Source of the DNA: Scyliorhinus canicula
Taxonomy: Eukaryota
Direction of reading: 5' to 3'
NCBI RefSeq assembly: GCF_902713615.1
Contig: NC_052157.1
Coordinates: 58,292,325-58,356,324 of the forward strand
Length of the DNA stretch: 64,000 nt
The position numbers and the translations under genes are program-made. Within the stretch, counting starts at the first letter, position 1, and each line of letters opens with the position of its first letter. Below are positions 1-11,310 of the stretch, piece by piece. The notes beneath the pieces were generated by a model, which worked only from the letters and a program-made list of their open reading frames with translations, had not been told where the DNA came from and did not search any database.

Positions 1-1069
1 GTGCTGTTAGGGAGGAAGTGCCAATATTTTGACCCAGCGACAGCGAAGGAATGGCCGATATGTTTCCAAGTCAGGATGGTGGGTGACTTGGAGTGTAACT
101 TCCAGGTTGCGGTGTTCACAGGGATCTGCTTGCTAATTTGGTGTTTGCATTCTTTCAACACAGAATTGGAGCTTATATCGAGAGTCCAGTAAAGCGCTGA
201 GGGAGAACACAGACCTCATACCTGTGAATGTGTGTGAGTGCATGTGGTGTGTATGTGATGGGCATTTGTGCATGTGCATGTTTGTGTGTGTTGAATTGTG
301 TGCCTGTGTAAGTGTGTTGTGGGCATGTGTATGTCTGCGTGTGGTGTGATGTGTTTGTTTAAGTGTGTGTGTTGTGTGGTCTGATGTGTGTGTGCGATTG
401 TATATGATCACATCGATAAGACATGGAAGAGATCATAAACTGTGTAAATCAAACTTCATCCTTTATACTTATTTAAAAATGCATTTTGCTGAAACAATCA
501 ATGCCTGGATTGGCCAGAGTTTTTTTGGAAATTTTCAACAATCTTTATAGGGACAAAGAGTTCTAAGTTGATCCTTGTGGAATCTCACACCTCATTGAAC
601 ACATTATAAACCATGGAACCAGAGGTCTAACAGTTGATATTCTCCATGAAGGAGCCCCTTGGTATTTGACTTTCCAGATCCGAGCAATCATGTGAACTTC
701 TAACCATTTCTGTGGTTCTTCTCACTGTTAATGTATTTATAATTGAACAAACCTCTTTCCCATCCCATACTGTATACCTGTGTGTAGGTGTGAAGTTGTA
801 ATCATTACATCCCCACCCACACCCCAGGTTTGAATGTGTGAATAAACAAAACTTTCGATTCAACCAAAAGAGAATTTGCTGTGAGTCACTTTAAAGATTG
901 ACAACATAAACAAAGGGTGTTTGTAACAAGGGCAACAGATAATTTTAAAGAAAGAAAAAAACACATCTGCTTACTGACAGACTGTGAGAGAATAAAGGAG
1001 TTCAGGTTTGCCTCTATCTCATGTCCATAATAGTACACATACTGTTCATACATACCTGCTTGTGCATGC

Positions 1070-1505
1070 CAGTGTATGTGAGTGTATTTCTGAGTCTGGT
1101 TGTGTGTGTTTGCCTGCCTGTGTATGTGAGTACATTTCTGAGTCTGGGTGTGTGTGTTTGCCTGCCTGTGTATGTGAGTACATTTCTGAGTCTGGGTGTG
1201 TGTGTTTGCGTGCCTGTGTATGTGAGTACATTTCTGAGTCTGTGTGTGTATGTTTGCCTGCCTGTGTATGTGAGTACATTTCTGAGTCTGGGTGTGTGTG
1301 TTTGCCTACCTGTGTATGTGAGTGTATTTCTGAGTCTGGGTGTGTGTGTTTGCCTACCTGTGTATGTGAGTGTATTTCTGAGTCTGGGTGTGTGTGTTTG
1401 CCTGCCTGTGTATGTGAGTACATTTCTGAGTCTGGGTGTGTGTGTTTGCCTGCCTGTGTATGTGAGTACATTTCAGAGAGTGGGTGTGTGTGTTTGCGTG
1501 CCTGT
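1070..1505. repeat. 48-bp tandem repeat (VNTR), ~9 copies, intronic
   Basis: Unit TGTATGTGAGTACATTTCTGAGTCTGGGTGTGTGTGTTTGCCTGCCTG repeats head to tail; overlapping ORFs show a 16-aa period (CVCEYISESGCVCLPA). Confidence 0.95.
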
Positions 1506-1678
1506 TTGTGTGTGTGTGATATTGAAGCCTGTGTATTCATAGGAGTAATAGAGATTCAGGGGTGCGTCTGAAAACAAATAAAGATAAGTTAATTTACGTT
1601 GACGACGAAGCACTTTCAGAGACCCTGTGAAAGGTGTGATCTAAATGTAGGATCCTTCACCATAAAGTATGCAATCCA

Positions 1679-1903
1679 AGGACGGTCCAGTGGTTAGCAC
1701 TGTGGCCTACGGCGCTGAGGACCCGGGTTTGAATCCCGGCTCTGGGTCACTGTCCATGTGGAGTTTGCACATTCTTCCCGTGTCTGTGGGGGTTTCACCC
1801 CGACAACCCAAAGATGTGCAGGGTAGGTGGATTGGCCACGCTAAATTGCCCCTTATTTGGAAAAAATTAATTGGGTACTCTAAGGTTAAAAAAATAAATA
1901 AAA
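1679..1903 (+). mobile_element. tRNA-derived SINE with 17-bp target-site duplication
   Basis: tRNA-like head (GTGGTTAGCAC...GGTTTGAATCCCGG) and A-rich tail; ATAAAGTATGCAATCCA duplicated at 1662-1678 and 1904-1920. Confidence 0.9.
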
Positions 1904-1934
1904 ATAAAGTATGCAATCCAGACAGACTCTTCTG

Positions 1935-2330
1935 TTCAGAGGGAGTGCTACACTTTCAAAGGGTCAGTACTGAGGGAATGCTGCACTGTCAGAGGGTCAG
2001 TACTGAGGGAGTGCTGCACTGTTAGAGGGTCAGTACTGAGGGAGTGCTGCACTGTCAGAGAGTCAGTACTGAGGGAGTGCTGCACTGTCAGTGGGTCAGT
2101 ACTGAGGGAATGCTGCACTGTCAGAGGGTCAGTACTGAGGGAGTGCTGCACTGTCAGTGGGTCAGTACTGAGGGAGTGCTGCACTGTCAGAGGGTCAGTA
2201 CTGAGGGAGTGCTGCACTGTTAGAGGGTCAGTACTGAGGGAGTGCTGCACTATCGGTAGTTCAGTACTGAGGGAATGCTACGCCGTCGGAAGATAAATAC
2301 TGAGGGAATGCTGCGCCATTGGATGGTCAG
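1935..2330 (+). repeat. 33-bp minisatellite array
   Basis: Unit GTCAGTACTGAGGGAGTGCTGCACTGTCAGAGG; 11-aa periodic ORFs (QHSLSTDPLTV). Confidence 0.95.
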
Positions 2331-2494
2331 CACAGAGAGATCGCTGCATTTAGAGATTGCTGTATTGTCAATGGTGATTCTTTATCAGTAAACGATAAAT
2401 GATCCTTTGCTGAGTAGAGTATTGTTTATGGTGTCTTGCTGTACACAATCTAGGCCATTAAGGATGATTTCGATTGAAAGATAACCTTACTTAC

Positions 2495-2788
2495 ATTGCA
2501 CAGTTAGTACGAGGGTCCGCTCCGATGAAACAGATGGATATCTCAGCCTACAGGTGAGAGTTTGTCTGTGATGTTTGAGTGATGGGGTCAGGCTGAGAAC
2601 AGAAGTATAGGTCAGAGTGATGCCATGCTGAATTACTGTGTTTGAGACTGATCCAGGTACGTCAGTGGGAGTGTCCCAGGTTAAGGCAGGTGTTGTTCCA
2701 CTGCACATTGTGTTGAAGGTGCACCTTATGTCCACAGGTTTTCCTGCAATAATTTCAGCAGGGAATATCGTGGGTTTGTCTGTGAAAT
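2495..2788 (-). CDS. Siglec-like receptor exon: C2-set Ig domain 2 (DFTDKPTIFP...RCTFNTMCSGTTPALTW...LTCRLRYP...LVLTVQ)
   Basis: Acceptor gtgtgctag| at 2789-2790 and donor |gtaagt at 2494; 294 nt, phase 1/1, open. Has canonical Ig C and W residues plus the extra Cys (CxxxxxC...P..W) typical of Siglec domain 2. Confidence 0.92.
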
Positions 2789-3802
2789 CTAGCACACACA
2801 TAATGGATCCTTTTAGATAAATATAATGTGAAGCATCAGTTCAAATAGAAATCACAATCCCACAGGAGAAAGCCCTTTTACAAGGATGATATCAAAACAT
2901 CACTGTTTTGTAAGGATCCTCCTGTTTAAACCCTGTTTGTTCTCTATTTTCCTTTTGCTTTTATTTCTTTTATTTTTATCATTATAGTCTTTGCCCATGG
3001 ACGATTAATGCACTGCTCCTTTAATGTGGACTTTGCCTTCAATTCATGCAGAAGCCTGTGTTGGTTTAAACTAAAGATTGACCTGTGAACCTTAGACAGA
3101 GCAGAGTGCATGAAACTGTCTGTAATTCCAGCCAGCAGATTCCAGAGCGATTTGCCTGACATCAGTGATGATTCAGAGTGATGGACTTGGCTGGCGGGCC
3201 AATGTGCTGGCTCAAAATGCTGGGCTTTACCGATACCTCGTGGTGATTGGTTCTGATTTCTCTGGCATGTTTACCTCACCCCAGTAAGGGTGGGTTGTTT
3301 CAGTTTCACTTTGAGTTCAGTAGCTGGAAGGAGCTTCTCTGATTCTCTCTGAGATGTTGAAATCTCTCAAAATTCCCTTTCGGAACTCTTTTCTCGTAAA
3401 ACTATGCGACATTTTGGTGAAATTGCGAAAGGAGTGAGATTATAAACACCGGCTAGGAGCTGGGTTTGAGGTGAGACTCTTCAGGAATACTTAATTAACC
3501 GTCTGTCACTCAGCTTAATGTACTTTCACTTCAAGACCATTGAATTGACAATCACTGGTGAGGAATCGTTATAAAGCTTTGACGACATAGATATGCTCAA
3601 ATAAAGAGCTTAGTGACCAGACAGATTCCCCCATGGAGAGATTGCAGCGCATCGCGTGTCAGTTCAGTGAGTGGGACAGTGCATCGATATGGCCGGTATT
3701 GTGTTAGCTCAGTCGGGAAGGGTGAGTGACCAGTGTGTGGCCGGATCAATAGCGACTCAGAGAGAGTTAAAAAAAACGAACAAAAAAATAACCAAAAGAT
3801 AT

Positions 3803-3980
3803 GGGACGGGATTTTCTGCCCTGCCACACCCGTTTTCTTGTGCAGCGCACCCCCACCGGCAGTGGGACCCTCCATCCCGCCAGCCGGCCAATGGGGTTTC
3901 CCATTGTGGGCATCCCTGCGCTGTTAGGAAATCCGTGGGCGTGAGGACGCTGCCGGCAAAACGGAGGACCATACCGATGT
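3803..3980. mobile_element. GC-rich non-autonomous element, probably PIF/Harbinger-related
   Basis: Shares GCCGGCCAATGGGG.TTCCCATTGTGG and its flanks with 35820-35940, the end of the Harbinger-like relic. Termini are degenerate. Confidence 0.45.
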
Positions 3981-4174
3981 AGCATGCAGCCCATGGATTA
4001 CATTAGAAGACCGACTGCAACATGACGTCACTCGGATGGAAATGTGTCATGCTGTTATCCCTTAAAGACATATTGCAACAGCCCACTTCAGTGACGGCAT
4101 GAATAGCTTCCTGGAACATATTGAACCAATATTGAACCATTTACTCGCTGCAAATACAGAAACAAAGCAATTTT

Positions 4175-4352
4175 GAAATGAAAATTGCTTATTGTCACGA
4201 GTAGGCTTCAAATGAAGTTACTGTGAAAAGCCCCTAGTCGCCACATTCCGGCACCTGTTCGGGGAGGCTGTTACGGGAATTGAACCGTGCTGCTGGCCTG
4301 CTTGGTCTGCTTTCAAAGCCAGCGATTTAGCCCAGTGTGCTAAACAGCCCAT
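4175..4352 (-). mobile_element. short tRNA-derived SINE
   Basis: Reverse complement of the family at 13141-13331 (GGGCTG.TTAGCAC..GGGCTAAATCGCTGGCTTT...GACAATAAGCAATTTTCATTTC). Confidence 0.85.
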
Positions 4353-4549
4353 GGTTTTCGTACCATTATTTTCTCTTTTCATGTTTGTCAGCCTGTTCAA
4401 TCTGTATTCACATTTCAAGGCATCTTTCCCCCGTATAAGTTCCCAATGTCAACATTTATAATGGGCACTGTGTATGTGTTTCTTTTTGCTGATTGATAGG
4501 GTGAATTCACAATGTGAATTGTTGAGGAATTATATAACACAGCACTTAC

Positions 4550-4915
4550 CAGAAACGTGAAGCTGGGTTACAGGATAATAGCTGTAGCGATTCCTGTTGT
4601 CAAATTCTATTCTGAAATAATAAGGTCCTGCATCTTGGCGTCTGATGTTGTTTATAATCAGGGAACAATCACCGTTGTGAAGATCTCCAGACAGGCGGGT
4701 CCGATGGCGGAACTGTGACAATTCTTGATTATGATCCTTGGAGTGAAATATGCTCGACTGTGTTCCCCATTCATCGTTATTATACCAGATTCCAACTCGG
4801 GGTTGGTTTTCCAAATGTGATGGATAACTGTAATGACATGGAATCTGTGCACACAAACCTTCCTGTGCTGTTACCTCCCGTGGAGTGTCACATTTCCACT
4901 CTTGTGACAGCACAA
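4550..4915 (-). CDS. Siglec-like receptor exon: V-set sialic-acid-binding Ig domain
   Basis: Acceptor tttgtctccacag| at 4916-4917 and donor |gtaagt at 4549; 366 nt, phase 1/1. LCAQIPCHYSYP, GDLHNGDCSLIINNIRRQDAGPYYFRIE and RYSY match Siglec V-set motifs, including the B-E strand cysteines and the F-strand Arg. Confidence 0.95.
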
Positions 4916-5326
4916 CTGTGGAGACAAACATCAATATTTAACACTGAATGGATTGCAGATCCACTAGACTCGATGTCCACCCCCTTCACCATTTGTGCCC
5001 AGTGGCTGCAGTGTGGACCATCTACAGGACACACAAGGAACTCTTTAATGTTTCACAACATATGAAAGAGAATCCTGGTCACAGGGCTGGACAAGTTCAT
5101 TCTACTCATGGTCATGGTCCTCAGGATGCTGTTTAGTGAAGCCAGTTTCACCCAAAACAGTGTCCACAAGACACACCAATTGAAATACATTCAGTGTGAT
5201 TTACAAAGCAGGAGAATGGATTAGGAGCACTCAGAACTCACATCATTATCACCATTGTGAATCACAGATTAGCCTCACCTTCCTGGATCCTCACTGTCTC
5301 AGATCGCAGTTCCTATTTTAATATAC

Positions 5327-5393
5327 CTTTCAGAGATAGCAGCACGACATCAATAGAGAGGAAGTGTGTCATGTAATCCAGTCTCAGTATCAT
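5327..5393 (-). CDS. Possible alternative leader exon (MILRLDYMTHFLSIDVVLLSLK), phase 1, in frame with the V exon
   Basis: Acceptor tgctcacag|GCCAAAATG (exon start 5399), ATG with A at -3, donor AAG|gtatat at 5326. A competing donor at 5278 would include an in-frame stop, so use is uncertain. Confidence 0.35.
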
Positions 5394-5843
5394 TTTGGCC
5401 TGTGAGCAGAACACAGTACACACAGCTCTGCTGCTGGTATCTTGAAGCTTTCTATCCATGTTCATCTGTTCTCATGTGCTCAGTCTGAATAGTTGAACTC
5501 ACAACATATTTACACAACCCCTTATGAGTGACTGTTGCATTTATATCATTATAAAAACTCAAAATTATGTTCAGCATTGGTCAAACATCTTGGCAACGAG
5601 ATTCAGTACAGGTAAGAAATGGTGAACAGCCTTTGGTCATGAGACCACCTTCGACACTTTGCTCAGACCACGACAGAGTCGTGTTGCAGAGTGTTGAAAC
5701 CGCAGCCTCTGAGAGCTCAGGAAATCATTGAAGACGAAAACACGGACATGAAGTGATTGACAAAACAAAACACGATGGCGATGTGCACACTACGCCGCAA
5801 GCATTTATTGATGTTTCTATTTACACACATACTGTTGATGGAA

Positions 5844-6195
5844 GGGCAGCAGGGTAGCACAGTGGTTAGCACAGTTGCTTCACGGCTCCAGGGTCCCAGG
5901 TTCGATTCCCGGCTTGGGACACTGTGCGGAGTCTGCACGTTCTCCCCGTGTGTGCGTGGGTTTCCTCCGGGTGCTCCGGTTTCCTCCCACAGTCCAAAGA
6001 TGTGCAGGTTAGGTGGATTGGCCATGCTAAATTTCCCGTAGTGTCCAAAAAAGGTTAGATGGGGTTGCTGGGTTACGGGGATAGGATGGAGATGTGGGCT
6101 TAGGTAGGGCGCTCTTTCCAAGGGCCGGTGCCGACTCGATGGGCCGAATGGCCTCCTTCTGCACTGTAAATTCTATGATCTATGATCTATGATCA
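5844..6195 (+). mobile_element. V-SINE-like SINE with CR1-type tail
   Basis: tRNA head, core GGGTTTCCTCCGGGTGCTCCGGTTTCCTCCC, and tail GGCCGAATGGCCTCCTTCTGCACTGTAAATTCTATGATCTATGA. Confidence 0.9.
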
Positions 6196-7269
6196 ATCAG
6201 ATCCCCAGCTCACATCCGGTGCAAACAGTTATTGGCCCAATCAGAATGAACAGCAATCTCACCCCATTTGTTTAACAGTCTCAAAGCAGTATTCAATCTT
6301 AATTTAAAGGAGGTAAGTTTGTTGAAACAGACGAGTTCCCCTTTTCATTGAGATAATGAAAGAGATCTCACACAAATGTGACAATCTCGGGAATATTTGA
6401 TGGACCTGTGTGAACTGCACCCAATTTCTCAGTGTGTTAGAGATTTACACGATTGTGAAATGGGGTAAGATTTCAGTCAGCCAAGATCATAAGAAATAGC
6501 AGCAGGAGCAGGCCATTAAGTCTATCGAACATGTTCTGCCATTCAATAAGCACATGGCTTCTATGATTGTGATTTCAACTCCATTGTCCTATCTGCACCC
6601 CCCCCGCCCCCCTCCCCCCAACCCCATAACCCTCAACCCTCCTGTTGATCAAAAATCTAACTCAGTGCTGTATATATTCAGTGAGCCGCAGCCTCCACTG
6701 CTGTCTGGGGATGGATTCCACAGACTAACCACCCTCTGAGAGAAGACATTCCTCCCCATCTCCCACCTAAATGGCAGATTTTAAAATATTTTCAAAACAT
6801 CATTTTCAAAATTTGCCCCTATAGTACGAGATAGTTCTCGGAGGGAAACATTCACTCAGTATTTACTCTGTCAAGTTGCAAACCGGCCCATTTCCAATGA
6901 TTAAGCCAGTGAGAGATTAACATCAACAGATGTTGGACCTGCTCAGCAGCTCAGGCAGAGCTGACAGTGTCCCGAGTCTACTGCATGTGTCCAAACTGAA
7001 TGTCCAGAGTATCAGAGCAGCAACCACCCACCACCCCCCTCCCCTCCCACTACAATTCAATCTGAGGCAGGCTACTGCTGCAAACCCTCATGGCTGAGGG
7101 GCCCGTCACCTCGGTGAAGCGCAAGCGTTTGGGGAGGGGGGGGAACCTTTTTTTCAGCTCCTGGTGTGTGGTTAACACTAACTCCCATTAATCTGTACAA
7201 GGTGAATGGTTTCTCATTTATTGCATTTTTCCTGTTTCTCCAGTATTTGTTGCCTTCTTGCCCGACAGG

Positions 7270-9005
7270 TTGATCCATACGATGATCAATTGGAAAGACG
7301 TGATCCCCAGTTTGAGAACCAACGGGATAAGGAATCTCTTTGGGTCCCCATTGTATAAGTAATCTCTTTGGATCCTCATTGAATGAGGAATCTTTTGGAT
7401 CCTCATTGTTGAAGGAATATCTTTGGATCCTCATTATATAAGGAATCTCTTTGGATCATCATTGAATGAGGAATCTCTTTGGTCCTCAATGTCTCAGGAA
7501 TCTCCTTGCATCCTTATTTTTTAAGGAATCTCTTTGGATCATCATTGCGTGAGGAATCTATTTTGATCCTCATTGAATGGGGAATCTCTTTGGATACTCA
7601 CATTCTAAGGAATATTTTTGCATCCTCAATATCAAATTAATCTCGTTGGATCCTCAATTTCTAAGGAATATCTTTGAATGAGAAATATCTTTGGATCCTC
7701 AATGTCCGATGAATCTCTTTGGATCCTCAGTGTCGAAGGAATATTTTTGGTCCCCATTGTCTGTGGAATATCGTTGGTCCTCATTGTCTGATGAATCTAT
7801 TTGGGTTGCCATTGTCAAAGGAATCTCTTTGTTCCTCATTGTCGATGGAATCTCTTTGGTCCTCACTGTCTGAGGATTCTATTTGGGTCAGTATTGTCTC
7901 AAAGATCTTCTTGAATCATCATTCAACAAGGAATCTAATTTTATCCTCTCTGTCTCAGGGCCTCTTTGAATCCTCATTGTCTGAGGAATATCTTTAGATC
8001 CTCATTTTCAATGTAATCTCTTTTGATCCCCATTGTATAAGAAATTTCTTTGGATCCTTGTTGTCAAAGGAATCTCATTGGATCCTCTTTAAATGAGGAA
8101 TATCTTTGGATTCTCATTGTATAACACTAATCTTTAATAATAATCTTTATTGTCACAGTAGGCTTACATTAACACTGCAATGAAGTTACTGTGGAATAAG
8201 GAATCTCTTCGGATCATTCTTGTCAGAAGAATCTCTTTGAATCATTTTGTCTAAGGAATCTGTCAGCACCTCATTGTCTGGGGAATTGCTTTGGCTGCTC
8301 ATTGCCTAAGAAATCTCTTTGGATCCTCATTGTTGAAGGAATCTCTTTGTATCCTCACTGTCTAAGGAACGTCATTGGATCCCGATTGTGTAAGGAATCT
8401 CTTTGGATCCTTGCTGTCTAAGGAATCTCTCTGGATCTTCATTGTTTGAGGAATCTCTTTTGATCCCCATTGTATAAGGAATCTCATTAGATCCTTGCTG
8501 TCAGAGGAATTTCATTGAATCCTCATTGCCTATGGAATCTCTTTGCATCCTCATTGAATGAGGAATCTATTTGGATTCTCATTGCCTGAGGAATAATAAT
8601 GATAATCTTTATTATTGTCACAAGGCTTACATTAACACTGCAATGAAGTTACTGTGAAAATCCCCTAATCGCCACACTCTGGCGCCTGTTCGAGTACACT
8701 GAGGGAGAATTCAGAATCTCCAAATTACCTAACAGCCCGTCTTTTGGGACTTGTGGGAGGAAACCGGAGCACCCGGAGCAAACCCACGCACACACGGGGT
8801 CAACGTGCAGACTCCACATAGACAGGGATCCAAGCCGAGAATCGAACTTGGGGACCCTAGCGCCGTGAAGCAACAGTGCTAACCACTGTGCTACAGTGCA
8901 GCTCACAATCTCATTAGATCCTTGCTGTCAAAGGAATTTCTTTGGATCCTCATTGTCTAAGGAATCTCTTTGGTTCCTCATTGTCTAAGGGATTATTTCT
9001 GATCC
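7270..9005. repeat. Degenerate 28-bp minisatellite, interrupted by SINEs
   Basis: Consensus AGGAATCTCTTTGGATCCTCATTGTCTA; e.g. GGATC at 8405 and 8433 (28-bp spacing). Confidence 0.9.
8595..8900 (-). mobile_element. V-SINE-like SINE inserted in the 28-bp array
   Basis: Reverse-complement SINE core (GGGAGGAAACCGGAGCACCCGGAG) and tRNA head. A tail-only fragment lies at ~8125-8192. Confidence 0.85.
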
Positions 9006-9097
9006 TCACCCCATATTGTATTGTTGATTCTGATGCAGCATTGTAGACTCACTTGTCTCCAAGCTCAGCAATGGCCCCACTCCAGCAGTCACTGACT

Positions 9098-10703
9098 GGT
9101 GGGGCAAAGTGAGCAAACAGCTGGTGTTTTGAGTTGTTTGTATCCTGTCCCTGCAATGATATTTCTCCTCAAAGGTGGACCTATATTGGAAAGGAGTTGT
9201 ACCATTGGTCAGAGAGTTTTACATCAACTCTTATCGCTGGTGCAGAAGGTCATGAGATACACAAACAAAGTGCCTCTAGCTTGAGCTGTGCATGTGGTGA
9301 AGGTGTCTCTGTGTTGGGTTCATGACCTTCACAGATGGTCTCACTGTGCTTTGGTTGAAATTGAACTGGGCCCCACACGAAATGCTGACACCAGAAACTT
9401 CTTGTTCCCTGTTCTTCTCAAACATCCATGACTTCCGCACAAATTTGAAGAGTTGCTGATCAAAAATTAAAAACACCAAATCATGTGATCGTACAGAGAG
9501 GGAGGCCAGTCGATCCATCGTGTCTGTGCTGGCTCTTTGAAAGATCTGTCTAATTATTCCCACATCCCCCAACTCCATAGCCTAGAAAATGTTTTGCCAA
9601 AAAATATTTAACAAATCCCCTTTTGAAAGTCCTGATTGAATCTGTTTCCAGCATTGTTTCTGGTAGAACCGATGTCAATCCTGCTGTCACTCAGGGAATC
9701 AGTGTACATCAGATGGCACAGGGGTGAGGGGTCAATGGGACTTGGTGTGGGTTTGTCCACTGGGTCACTGCTAAATTGGTTCCCAATCAGAGCACATTAA
9801 GAATGATCCTTTACAAAGACTATTAGTATCCATAAATATGTCTGAACTGACGATGGTATTACCTTGGAGAAGAGACAGGAGGAAGTAAGATTTCCCGATC
9901 ATTGTCCAATCTCTGATATTTCATCAGCTTCTCACTCTCAAGCTCTGAAAGAGAATGTAGTTAATGAGACCTCACTCTTGTCCGACAGCTCTCGAGAGAT
10001 CAGAACTGTTTTTAGACGATGACTTCACATACTAATTTGATTGTAAGTGGCATTCAGGAAGAAGAGCAATGAAGGACGACTTGCATTTAATAACAATAAT
10101 CGTTTATTGTCACAAGTAGGCTTCAATGACGTTACTGTGAAAAGCCCCCAGTCACCACATTCCACCACCTGTTCGGGGAGGCCCTTTCACCACCAAAGGA
10201 TATCCTAAATCTCATGTCTCAACATTTCCTTCGGCCCTTAAACAAGAAAGATGTTCTGTACGAAACACATGAAACTCACAACCAGTTCTCAATAATAAGT
10301 AAAAATCTTTCAAGGGATCAATCATTAGAATCTGTATTTATAAAGTCACGACATCAACAAATGACAATATTGATCATGGAAGTGAATTCCAATCATTATG
10401 TTACTTACCTGGGATTTATCTAACTGCTCGCCTGTGGATTAACTGCCGGTACGCTCTTCTTGGGCTGAACAAACTCTTCCTTGTGCTGCTTGCTCTGTGT
10501 ATTTAATTTTTAAATGTTGTTATGTCATTGTGAATCCAAATGGGGGTGGGGCAAAGTGAGCAAACAGCTGGTGTTTTGAGTTGTTTGTGTCCTGTCCCTG
10601 CAACGATATTTCTGCTCAAAGGTGGACCTATATTGGCAAGGAGCTTGTACCATTGGTCAGAGAGTTTTACATCCACTCTTATCGCTGATGCAGAAGGCCA
10701 TGG
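9098..10703. repeat. ~160-bp direct repeat pair (9098-9255 and 10545-10703) flanking the leader exon
   Basis: GGTGGGGCAAAGTGAGCAAACAGCTGGTGTTTTGAGTTGTTTGT...GCAGAAGG.CATG is present twice with few mismatches. Confidence 0.9.
9863..9902 (-). CDS. Siglec-like receptor leader (signal peptide) exon MIGKSYFLLSLLQ
   Basis: ATG at 9902-9900 (ACAATG context); donor CAAG|gtaata at 9862; upstream acceptor ctctttcag| gives exon start 9944. A phase-1 splice to 4915 yields MIGKSYFLLSLLQVVLS-QEW, a plausible signal peptide. Confidence 0.8.
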
Positions 10704-10764
10704 GACTGTGATACTACTCCAGAGATATAAAACTGTTCAACATCCTCAGTGACTTTGCTGAAGG

Positions 10765-11310
10765 AGCACAACACTGTCGGAAAGTCAATACTGAGGGCCC
10801 GCTGCGCTGTCGTAGGGTCAGTACTGAGGGAGTGCAGCACTGTCAGAGGGTCAGTACTGAGGGAGCGCTGCATTGTTGGAGGGTCAGTACTGAGGGAGTG
10901 CAGCACTGTCAGAGGGTCAGTACTGAGGGAGTGCTGCACTGTCAGAGGGTCAGTACTGAGGGAGTGCTGTACTGTCAGAGGGTCAGTACTGAGGGAGTGC
11001 TGCACTGTCGGAGGGTCAGTACTGAGGGAGTGCTGCATTGTAGGAGGGTCAGTACTGAGGGAGTGCAGCACTGTCAGAGGGTCAGTACTGAGGGAGTGCA
11101 GCACTGTCAGAGGGTCAGTACTATGGGAGTGCTGCACTGTCAGAGGGTCAGTACTGAGGGAGTGCTGCACTGTCAGAGGGTCAGTACTGAGGGAGTGCTG
11201 CACTGTCAGAGGGTCAGTACTGAGGGAGTGCTGCACTGTCAGAGAGTCAGTACTATGGGAGTGCTGCACTGTCGGTGGGTCAGTACTAAAGTAGTGCTGC
11301 ACCATTGGAG
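10765..11310 (+). repeat. 33-bp minisatellite array
   Basis: Same unit as 1935-2330, ~16 copies. Confidence 0.95.

Noticed and set aside
133-863. Further Siglec exons at the left edge
   Set aside because: The ORFs are TG/CA-repeat translations or lack Ig/TM motifs, and 1-130 resembles a LINE fragment. Remaining exons are presumably beyond the window.
1935-2330. RSS-like heptamer CACTGTC in the 33-bp unit near Ig exons
   Set aside because: On the relevant strand it reads GACAGTG, losing the essential CAC, and there is no nonamer at 12/23 spacing. The V exon is a normally spliced Siglec domain, not a rearranging segment.
5844-5920. tRNA genes at the heads of SINE copies
   Set aside because: The A/B-box heads run directly into SINE cores and tails, several with TSDs; they are SINEs, not tRNA genes.
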